Source: Alphaproteobacteria bacterium (GTDB taxonomy: Bacteria; Pseudomonadota; Alphaproteobacteria; TMED109). Taken from it: 64,000 bases of DNA. Below, in pieces: positions 46,297-54,160 of this stretch. The stretch is from contig OZ244069.1 in assembly GCA_965215575.1 (NCBI GenBank), positions 2,293,155 to 2,357,154 on the forward strand. Direction: 5' to 3'. Under the pieces are notes generated by a model. The model was not told where the DNA came from. It did not search any database and saw only the letters and a program-made list of their open reading frames with translations. Each line of letters opens with the position of its first letter. Position 1 is the first letter of the stretch. A program made the position numbers and the translations under genes.

Positions 46297-46572
46297 TTGA
46301 GATTAGCCCTGATCGCAACCCTGACCCGGACGGCCGACACGACGGACCCAAAAGCCCCCCGGCCGGCCCCGGAGCCGCCCGGCCGCAGCAAGTCCCTTCC
46401 GCCGGTCAAGGAGCAGGCCTTGGTCCTTGCCCATGACGGCGGCTGGACGCTCCACCACACCCCGGCCACCGGACGCTGGCACGCCACTCGCGGCCGCGCC
46501 GCCACGCGCACCTACCCGAACGAGTACGAAGCTGCACTGGCTGCGCTCGCCCGCGCCCAAGCCCCCGTGTGA
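46297..46572 (+). CDS. Hypothetical small ORF (possibly a gene remnant)
   Basis: GC3 is above 80% in this frame. There is no canonical ATG or RBS (TTG at 46297) and no family recognised. Confidence 0.3.
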   Translation: MRLALIATLTRTADTTDPKAPRPAPEPPGRSKSLPPVKEQALVLAHDGGWTLHHTPATGRWHATRGRAATRTYPNEYEAALAALARAQAPV

Positions 46573-47023
46573 GCGGCCGCCAAGGGCCGTTTCTCCATTC
46601 CCGATTCTCCCATTGGCCGCCGCCGCCAATGGCCCTCGCTATCGACGCCCGCGCCATCCCGGAGCGGCGCGCAATCGTCACCGGGAACCTTTCGGCGCGG
46701 CCCCGTTCCGCGGTCAGGTACGGCCGACTGGAGTCGGCGCTCGACCACAACCGGATGGTGATGGTTCCGCTGCCCTCCAGAGACAATCAGGAGCCGTCAC
46801 AACGCGTTTAAGCCCGAGACGGGCAAACACGACCTAGGCACGGCCGCAGCGCCCATAACGACTGCGACCACGCCGGCGCCGCCAACATCCTCCTCGAAGG
46901 TGCGGCCCAGGCCGCTTCCGCCCACAACAGGCCTGCCGGGTCCGTCGAGGCCAAGGTCTCACGTCGACCCGCTGCCTTGAACAGTGACCGAGCGTGCCCG
47001 GAGCCCCAGACGTCAGCTTCAAT

Positions 47024-47070
47024 CTCATAATCTAAAGGTCATAGGTTCAAATCCTACCCCGAAATTACCA
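47024..47070 (+). pseudogene. tRNA-Met(CAU)-like 3' fragment (anticodon loop to ACCA), not a functional tRNA
   Basis: CTCATAA-TCTAA-AGGTC-ATAGG-TTCAAAT-CCTAC-CCCGAAATT-ACCA has canonical spacing from the anticodon loop through the T-arm. There is no matching 5' anticodon-stem, D-arm or acceptor strand upstream, and 9 nt instead of 7 before ACCA. Confidence 0.5.
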
Positions 47071-47618
47071 ATAAAACCTGGAAATCAGGGGTGTTCCCAA
47101 GATTTTTTTCGTGCTGTTGGGAAGACCGGGTGGGCGATCTGGCAAACAATCGGGATCTAATTTGGGGCGATGATCGGCATGGTTGACGCGCGTATTTGCG
47201 CCGTTGCGGGTTCTGGCTAAGGATCGGCAGGGAGCTACTCGTAGAGGCTGTTTACACGTCGGTGCACACGGGTGGCGCTAAGGCACTTCGCTACTGACGT
47301 CGTGTTCGGAGTGGTCGGCGAGGCGCTTGCGGAGAAACAGTATGCGATGATCCCGAGGTTCGGGGAAAGTTCACGACGAGGAGCCGGTCCGCCCATACCG
47401 GGCGCGATGTGCGCACGGGAGAGATCATGGAGATACTGGCCGCCACGACGCCGGAATTCACGGCGGCCAAGGCACTCAGGACATGGTGAATGCCGGCGAC
47501 GCGTCGTGAACCGGAAAGGGGTACCAGAAATGGTTTCGACCTCAGCCGGGTCGTGCTCACCGACACGGGCAACTAGCGTCGGTAAGGTGGTTTGGCGTGC
47601 GGCCGCTTGGGCGGGGTG

Positions 47619-47855
47619 TCAAGTCGTACTGGGTTTCAGGGGGAAGGAGCTACCAACACCTGAGACAATTCCGAAGTCAGCAAGCTTGGCCACGGGCCCC
47701 CAGTCATGGGGCTGCGCCGACGACGGTGGGGCGGCCGGCTTCCACGTCGTCTTGGCGGGCGCGACCGCATTGCCGAAGAGGTCGCGGCCGGCGACGGTAG
47801 CGGGCGCTGGCCGGTCCGGCTCGATGACGAGGCGCGGCGGCACCTTGACGATCAC
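47619..47855 (-). CDS. Hypothetical small ORF (doubtful)
   Basis: GTG start. About 90% GC3 over the first 50 codons, and a more protein-like composition than the overlapping plus-strand ORF 47272-47970. No family recognised. Confidence 0.25.
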   Translation of the reverse strand: MIVKVPPRLVIEPDRPAPATVAGRDLFGNAVAPAKTTWKPAAPPSSAQPHDWGPVAKLADFGIVSGVGSSFPLKPSTT

Positions 47856-48159
47856 GGCATCCGGTCCGGGAAAGCCGGTCCGGCTCGCCCTCCTCGACCG
47901 CCGACCCGGCGCGGCGAAGGACGGGGCGCCGCCCGAGCGCCGGCGCTTCGAGGGATTGGTCCCGATTTGAGCGCGGCATCACCCGGCCGGGCGGCACGGG
48001 GCCAATTCGACGTTGAAATTCACCGAGACCATATCTTTTTATGGTGATAATTCACACTCAATTCAGACCAAATATTGTAGCTTCGTAACCCACTTATGCG
48101 GACGTGGCGATGGTGGCGACGCGTGCCCGGGAGGCCTCGCGAACCTTGGCACGGCATCG

Positions 48160-48400
48160 CGCTGCGCGGCGGGATTCGCTGGTGAATGTCAGGCTAACTC
48201 TGACGTGGATAGCCGGTGAAAGTCCGGCGGGAGGAAAGGTGTAACGAGCCGCCTTCGCCGCGAGCCGTGCGCAGGACATCGTGAGGTGTCATGTGAAGTG
48301 TCGGTAGCGGCGCGTGCGGGCTGTCATTCACTGCCATGGGCCGTTTTCGGCAAAGTTACGCGGTGCTTCCCGCCGGGATGATTGCGCGTCGCTTTCGGGT
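48160..48400 (+). promoter_or_regulatory. Candidate cobalamin-riboswitch-like leader of the ABC transporter operon
   Basis: Motifs occur in the expected order: GGGAT...GGTGAA (48171-48186), hairpin GCCGGTGAAAGTCCGGC (48212-48228), AGGAAAGGTGTAAC (48232-48245), CACTGCC (48329-48335). I could not identify a clean B12 box or a CCCGC-ACTGTA core. Confidence 0.4.
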
Positions 48401-48426
48401 CGACTGGCAAGCACGGAGAAACCCTC

Positions 48427-50025
48427 ATGTTCTATTTCCTGAAACGACTCGCTTCAACGCTCGCATTGACCCTTGCAGCAATGCTGTTGGCAGCCGGCGC
48501 ACATGCGGCGACGCCGAAGAACACGCTCGTGACGGCCAAGGACATCGCCGATCTGATCACGCTGGATCCGGCGGAGGTGTTCGAGCTGTCCGGCGGCGAG
48601 GTTATCGCCAACATCTACGACTGCCTGATGATGTACGAGCCGGAAGATCTGACGACGCTGGTGGGCGGCGTGGCCGAGAGCTGGGACGTGAGCGCCGACG
48701 GCAAGGTCATCACCTTCACCATTCGGCCGGGATTGACGTTCCATTCCGGCAATCCGGTGACGGCCGAGGACGTCGTGTTCTCGCTGCGCCGGGTGGTCAA
48801 GCTGAACAAGACGCCTTCGTTCATCGTCACGCAGTTCGGCTGGACGCCGGAGAACGTCGACAGCCTGGTGGTGGTGGAGGGCGACAAGGCGAAGATCACG
48901 ATTGCCGAGGAGTTCTCGCCCGGGCTGGTCCTGAACGCCTTTTCGGCCGGAATCGGCTCGATCGTTGACAAGGAGACGGTGCTCTCGCACGAGAAGGACG
49001 GCGATCTCGGGTATGGCTGGCTGAAGACCAACAGCGCGGGCTCCGGACCCTTCAAGCTGAAGACCTGGAAGGCCAACGAGCTGGTCACCCTGGAGTCCTT
49101 TGCCGACTATCGTCACGGCGAGCCGGCGATGAAGCGCGTCATCGTTCGCCACGTGGCAGAGCCGTCCGCGCAGCGTCTGATGGTCGAGAAGGGCGATGTG
49201 GACATCACGCGCGACCTGACCCCGGATCAGATCAAGGGTATCGCCGGCAACGCCGATCTCGAGGTCGACGCCAATCCCAAGAGTGCGCTCATGTATCTGG
49301 CCGCCAACGCCGCGCATCCGATCGTGGGCGATCCGAGAGTGTCGAAGGCGCTGCGCTACCTCGTCGACTACGAAGGAATGGCGGGATCGTTCCTGGCCGG
49401 GCAGCAGCGGGTGCACCAGGCGGTCTGGCCGTCCGGTCTGTGGGGAGCGCTGGACGAGACGCCCTACTCGCTGGACGTCGATGCGGCCAAGGCGCTCCTG
49501 GCCGAGGCCGGACATCAGGACGGATTCAAGATCCGGCTCGACACGCTGACCAGTTCGCCGTTTCCGGAGGTCGCGCAGTCGATTCAGTCGACGCTCGCCA
49601 AGGCGGGTATCGAGGTGGAGATCATCACCGCCGAGGGCAAGACCCTGTGGCCGATGTACCGCGCGCGCAAGCATGAGCTCATCCTCGCGCGCTGGTCGCC
49701 CGACTACACCGATCCGCATTCCAACGTCGACGCCTTCGCGCGCAACCCCGACAACCGCCCGGAGGCAAAGCTGACCGGGGTGCTGGCATGGCGCAACTCC
49801 TGGCAGGACGAGAACATGAACGCGATGGTGGTGGCGGCGCGCAACGAGCCCGACCTGGCCAGACGCGAGCAGCGCTACCATGAGATCCAGCGCTCGTTGC
49901 AGGAGAATTCGCCGTACGTGGTCATGTTCCAGCAGACGGAGCAGGTGGCGCGGCGCAAGAACGTGCAGGGATTCGTGTCCGGCTCGAACTCCGACCTCGT
50001 GTTCTACCGCAACGTGACCAAGTAG
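48427..50025 (+). CDS. ABC transporter substrate-binding protein, family 5 (peptide/nickel/opine type)
   Basis: GGAGA RBS and signal peptide LALTLAAMLLAAGAHA. Family-5 length of 532 aa. Confidence 0.85.
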   Translation: MFYFLKRLASTLALTLAAMLLAAGAHAATPKNTLVTAKDIADLITLDPAEVFELSGGEVIANIYDCLMMYEPEDLTTLVGGVAESWDVSADGKVITFTIRPGLTFHSGNPVTAEDVVFSLRRVVKLNKTPSFIVTQFGWTPENVDSLVVVEGDKAKITIAEEFSPGLVLNAFSAGIGSIVDKETVLSHEKDGDLGYGWLKTNSAGSGPFKLKTWKANELVTLESFADYRHGEPAMKRVIVRHVAEPSAQRLMVEKGDVDITRDLTPDQIKGIAGNADLEVDANPKSALMYLAANAAHPIVGDPRVSKALRYLVDYEGMAGSFLAGQQRVHQAVWPSGLWGALDETPYSLDVDAAKALLAEAGHQDGFKIRLDTLTSSPFPEVAQSIQSTLAKAGIEVEIITAEGKTLWPMYRARKHELILARWSPDYTDPHSNVDAFARNPDNRPEAKLTGVLAWRNSWQDENMNAMVVAARNEPDLARREQRYHEIQRSLQENSPYVVMFQQTEQVARRKNVQGFVSGSNSDLVFYRNVTK

Positions 50026-50056
50026 GCGCGGATTCGGAGCCGACACCCGTGGATTG

Positions 50057-51100
50057 ATGTCGATCGCGAACGCCGCCGCCCGGGGACGGGCGGCGGCAAG
50101 AATCATCGGAGGGATGGGGTTCACCCTGCTCCTCACGCTCATCGGCCTCACCGCGGTGACGTTCGTCATCGGCCGGGTCATGCCCGCCGACCCGGTGCTC
50201 GCCATCGTCGGCGATCGCGCCCCGCAGGACGTCTACGACCTCGTCTACCGGCAGATGGGCCTGGACCGGCCGCTGTACGAGCAATACTGGCGTTATCTCG
50301 GACAGCTCGCGCGGGGCGATCTGGGCACGTCGATCATGACCGCCCGGCCGGTGCTTGACGATCTCATCAGGTTCGTCCCCGCCACGATGGAGTTGGCCAC
50401 CATCGCGACGGTGCTCGGCGTGTTCCTCGGCATCCCCATGGGGGTGCTGGCAGCGGTGCGCCAGGGGCAGTGGCCGGACCACGTGGTCCGGGTGGTGGGG
50501 CTCATCGGCTACTCCATGCCGATCTTCTGGCTCGGCATGGTGGCGCTGCTCATCTTCTACGCGAACCTTGATTGGGTGGGTGGGCCGGGCCGGCTCGACG
50601 TGTACTACGACGGGGTCGTGGAACCGGTCACCGGACTGATTCTGGTCGACGCCGCGCTTGCCGACGAGTGGGAGATCTTCGCCAACGCGGTCTCGCACCT
50701 GATTCTGCCTTCGCTGGTGCTCGCCACCTTCGCGCTCGCCTACATCGCGCGGATGACGCGCAGCTTCATGCTCGACCAGCTCAATCAGGAATACGTGCTG
50801 ACGGCCAGGGTCAAGGGCGTGTCGGAATTCGCCGTCATCTGGCGCCATGCGTTCCGCAACGTCCTGGTGCAGCTCATCACCATCATCGGGCTGACCTATG
50901 CGTCCCTGCTCGAAGGCTCGGTGCTGACCGAGACCGTCTTCTCGTGGCCCGGGATCGGGCAGTACATCACCACCTCGCTGTTCAACGGCGACATGCCGGC
51001 GGTGCTCGGCGCCACCATCGTGGTGGGGATCTGCTTCGTCTGCATCAACATGTTCTCAGACCTGCTCTACCGGCTGGTCGACCCCAGGGCACGGGCATGA
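50057..51100 (+). CDS. ABC transporter permease (DppB/NikB-like)
   Basis: N-terminus LTAVTFVIGRVMPADP, LGLDRPLYEQYWRYL, and an EAA-type loop EYVLTARVKGVSEFAVIWRHAFRN. Confidence 0.85.
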   Translation: MSIANAAARGRAAARIIGGMGFTLLLTLIGLTAVTFVIGRVMPADPVLAIVGDRAPQDVYDLVYRQMGLDRPLYEQYWRYLGQLARGDLGTSIMTARPVLDDLIRFVPATMELATIATVLGVFLGIPMGVLAAVRQGQWPDHVVRVVGLIGYSMPIFWLGMVALLIFYANLDWVGGPGRLDVYYDGVVEPVTGLILVDAALADEWEIFANAVSHLILPSLVLATFALAYIARMTRSFMLDQLNQEYVLTARVKGVSEFAVIWRHAFRNVLVQLITIIGLTYASLLEGSVLTETVFSWPGIGQYITTSLFNGDMPAVLGATIVVGICFVCINMFSDLLYRLVDPRARA

Positions 51101-52032
51101 CCAGGGACACGTACCGGGAACGACCGCCGGCGCGCACCGCGCTGCGCGCCTGGCTGCTGTCCAACAAGCCGGCGTCGGTGACTCAGGCGCGCTGCCAGCG
51201 CTTCTACCTCTCCTGGCTGGCGTTCCGGGCGAACCCACTCGCCATGACCGGTCTCGGCATCGTCCTGGCCCTGGTGCTCATGGCGGCCTTCGCGCCGTGG
51301 ATCACGAACAGTGACGCGCTGGAGCCGGAACTCGGCAACCGCCTGCAGGGCGCGAGCGCGGAACACTGGTTCGGCACCGACCAGCTTGGCCGGGACCTGC
51401 GGGATCGCATCATCTGGGGATCACGCATCACCCTCTACATCGTGGGGCTGGTCGGCATCATCGTGGTTCCCGTCGGCCTGCTGATCGGCACGGTGGCGGG
51501 ATACGTCGGCGGCGCGGTCGACAACGTGCTGATGCGGATCACCGACATTTTCCTGGCCTTTCCGCGCCTGATCCTCGCGCTGGCGCTGGTTGCGGCCCTG
51601 GGTCCGGGACTCGAGAACGCGGTGCTGGCCATCGCGCTCACAACGTGGTCGCCGTATGCACGCACCGTACGCGCGGAGGCGCTCACCATCCGCAACAGCG
51701 AGTTCATCCTGGCTGCCCAGGTCCAGGGCGCATCGACCGTCGGCATCCTCTATCGCCACGTCATGCCGCTCTGCGTCTCGTCGGTCATCGTCCGCCTCAC
51801 CCTGGACATGGCGGGCATTATCCTCACCGCGGCAGGGCTCGGGTTCCTCGGGCTCGGCGCGCAGCCGCCGTCCCCGGAGTGGGGGGCGATGATCTCCACT
51901 GGAAGGCAGTATCTTCTCGACCAATGGTGGGTCCCCACGGTGCCGGGTATCGCGATCTTCGTCGTGAGCCTGGGCTTCAACCTGCTCGGCGACGGTCTCC
52001 GCGACGTACTCGATCCGAAGAGCGAGCGGTGA
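51097..52032 (+). CDS. ABC transporter permease (DppC/NikC-like)
   Basis: ATGA overlap with the upstream stop. Contains HWFGTDQLGRDL and EFILAAQVQGASTVGILYRHVMP. Confidence 0.85.
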   Translation: MTRDTYRERPPARTALRAWLLSNKPASVTQARCQRFYLSWLAFRANPLAMTGLGIVLALVLMAAFAPWITNSDALEPELGNRLQGASAEHWFGTDQLGRDLRDRIIWGSRITLYIVGLVGIIVVPVGLLIGTVAGYVGGAVDNVLMRITDIFLAFPRLILALALVAALGPGLENAVLAIALTTWSPYARTVRAEALTIRNSEFILAAQVQGASTVGILYRHVMPLCVSSVIVRLTLDMAGIILTAAGLGFLGLGAQPPSPEWGAMISTGRQYLLDQWWVPTVPGIAIFVVSLGFNLLGDGLRDVLDPKSER

Positions 52033-52143
52033 CGTGGATGCTGCCCTCCCGACGACACGCCGCCGAATTCCGTCCCACCAAATTTGCGTGTTCGCGCGCA
52101 CCTTGAACTCACATGCATTACCTCGAACTCATGCACGGACCTC

Positions 52144-53001
52144 ATGGACAAGGACCTGCTGACGATTGAAGACCTGCGGGTTCGGTATCGGACCCCGAAG
52201 GGGGTGATCGACGCGGTGCGCGGGGTGAGCTTCACGCTCGGACGCGAACGCCTCGGCATCGTCGGCGAATCGGGCTCCGGAAAGACGCAGACCGGGCGCG
52301 CCATCCTCGGGCTGATTCCCCGCAACGGGATGGTCCGGGCGCGGCGCATGGCGTTCCGCGACGTCGACCTGCTGAACGCGAGCGAGCGCACGATGCGTAG
52401 GATCCGCGGGGACCACATCTCGATGGTGATGCAGGATCCCAAGTACTCCCTGAATCCGGTCATCACCGTCGGCAAGCAGATCGAGGAAGCGTTCCTCGTC
52501 CACACCCGCGCCGGGCGGCGCGAGGCGCGCGAGCGCGCCATCGAGATGCTTGCGGCGGTGCGTATCCGCAACCCGGAACGCGTCTATCGCGCCTATCCGC
52601 ACGAGATGTCGGGCGGCATGGGGCAGCGCATTATGATCGCGATGATGATGATCCCGAATCCCGAGATCATCATTGCCGACGAGCCGACCTCCGCCCTGGA
52701 CGTGACGGTCCAGATGCAGGTGCTGGCGATTCTCGACGACATGGTCCGCGAACGCGGTATGGGGCTCATCATGATCAGCCACGACCTGAACCTCGTAGCG
52801 TCGTTCTGCGATCGCGTAATCATCATGTACGGCGGTCGGATCATGGAGATACTGGATGCCCGCGATCTGGGCCGGTCGAACCACGGCTACACCCGCGGGC
52901 TCATGAGCTGCCTGCCCGGAATCGACAAGGATGCCGAGACGCTGCCGGTGCTCGTGCGCGACCCCGCGTGGCTGGAGCCGCAGGACTCCGGGCATGATTG
53001 A
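52144..53001 (+). CDS. ABC transporter ATP-binding protein (DppD-like)
   Basis: GESGSGKTQTG, MSGGMGQRIMIAMMM and IIIADEPTSALD. Confidence 0.85.
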   Translation: MDKDLLTIEDLRVRYRTPKGVIDAVRGVSFTLGRERLGIVGESGSGKTQTGRAILGLIPRNGMVRARRMAFRDVDLLNASERTMRRIRGDHISMVMQDPKYSLNPVITVGKQIEEAFLVHTRAGRREARERAIEMLAAVRIRNPERVYRAYPHEMSGGMGQRIMIAMMMIPNPEIIIADEPTSALDVTVQMQVLAILDDMVRERGMGLIMISHDLNLVASFCDRVIIMYGGRIMEILDARDLGRSNHGYTRGLMSCLPGIDKDAETLPVLVRDPAWLEPQDSGHD

Positions 53002-53770
53002 AGTCCAGAACCTGAACGTCGTGTTCGGGCACGGCGCGCAGCGCGTGCACGCGGTGCGCGATATGACCTTCTCGGTCCCGCGCGGCGAGAGCTTCGGGCT
53101 GGTCGGAGAGTCGGGCTCGGGCAAGTCCACGGTGCTGCGCGCCCTCGCGGGGCTCGTCCGCAACGCCGCGGGTGCGATGCGCATCGACGGCGACGCGCTG
53201 GGGCGCCGCCGGTCGCGGCAGTTCCGCAAGCGCGTGCAGATGGTGTTCCAGGACCCCTACGGCTCGCTGCATCCGCGCCACACCGTGTACCAGATCGTGA
53301 GCGAGCCGGCGCGCATCCATCGCTTTGACGGCATCGAGGCGCGGGTGGTGCGCGCACTGGAGGAAGTCGGGCTCGACGCCTCATTCCGCTTCCGCTACCC
53401 ACATCAGATATCCGGGGGGCAGCGCCAGCGGGTGGCGGTCGCCCGGGCTCTGATCATCAAGCCGGAGGTGGTGCTCCTCGACGAGCCGACCTCGGCGCTG
53501 GACGTCTCGGTGCAGGCGGAGGTGCTCAACCTGCTGACCCGGCTCAGGCGCGAGCACGGACTCACCTTCGTGCTGGTGAGCCACGATTTTGCGGTGGTCA
53601 GCCACATGTGCGACCGCCTGTCGGTGATGCAGCACGGGGCGGAACTGGAGACGTTGTCCGTGCAGCAACTGCGCGCCAACGAGCCCGAGCACCCGTACAC
53701 GCGGCAACTCCTGATGGCGAGCCGCGGCTACGACCGATCCGCGGTCGACAGCCTGGAAGACGACTTCTGA
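52994..53770 (+). CDS. ABC transporter ATP-binding protein (DppF-like)
   Basis: An 8-nt overlap with the upstream gene. Contains GESGSGKSTVL, ISGGQRQRVAVARAL and VVLLDEPTSALD. Confidence 0.85.
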   Translation: MIEVQNLNVVFGHGAQRVHAVRDMTFSVPRGESFGLVGESGSGKSTVLRALAGLVRNAAGAMRIDGDALGRRRSRQFRKRVQMVFQDPYGSLHPRHTVYQIVSEPARIHRFDGIEARVVRALEEVGLDASFRFRYPHQISGGQRQRVAVARALIIKPEVVLLDEPTSALDVSVQAEVLNLLTRLRREHGLTFVLVSHDFAVVSHMCDRLSVMQHGAELETLSVQQLRANEPEHPYTRQLLMASRGYDRSAVDSLEDDF

Positions 53771-54160
53771 GCGTTGTTCCCCGACGGCTATCTGAAGCTC
53801 GCCGCGCAATGGTAGAGCGCGCCGGGCCGGATCTCCGGCATCCGTCCCGCAGGCCCCTCCTCCCCTTGCCGAAGGTCACCGATGTAGCCGGTGCGCCCCG
53901 CGGACGCAGCCCATGCGGGCGACGGTGACGCCGGAGTAGCGCGCCAGGAGGCATGTGCGATTCCGCCCCGGGGATTGTCGCCGATGTGGCCTGCGATTGC
54001 CGGCCGGCTGCCTAATCTCACCGAAGTTCGACGCGCTCACAAATCCGCCGCCGCATCGCCCGCGCAGGCTGCGGCGGAGGAAGATCACGCGATGGGCGGA
54101 CGTGCTGACGCGGGAAATCACGTCGTCCCAGAACATCGTATTTTCTGGCGCGGGGCCTAG

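Noticed and set aside
47024-47300. Two-piece (permuted) alphaproteobacterial tmRNA: T-arm plus ACCA, followed about 95 nt later by GGGGCGATGATCGGCATGGTTGACGCGCGTATTTGCG, which resembles a tmRNA 5' end
   Set aside because: The strand before ACCA (CCCGAAATT) cannot pair with GGGGCGA and gives no G3-U70 pair. I found no TCGCTCC/ACCA partner nearby, no GGTGCATGCCG..CTCGTAAA pseudoknot order, and no ANDN-type tag reading frame ending in AA-stop. CCCCGAAATT (47057-47066) does pair imperfectly with AATTTGGGG (47159-47167), but that alone is not diagnostic. A covariance-model scan could still overturn this.
47270-47990. Degraded tyrosine-integrase gene next to the tRNA-like fragment
   Set aside because: A few weak strings (PVHDASPAFT, AQPHDWG, LFLRKRLADH) are scattered over different frames. 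I could not assemble the R..H-x-x-R..Y catalytic pattern. The idea is plausible but not supportable from the sequence alone.
48160-48426. Other riboswitch classes for the transporter leader (guanidine-I/ykkC via CGGCGGGAGGAAAGG; ZTP via GGGTCGACTGGCAAG at 48397-48411)
   Set aside because: The partner elements are missing: CTAGGGTTCCG and GGTCCGAGAG for ykkC, and the downstream CCGCCTGGGC for ZTP, which would fall inside the coding region.
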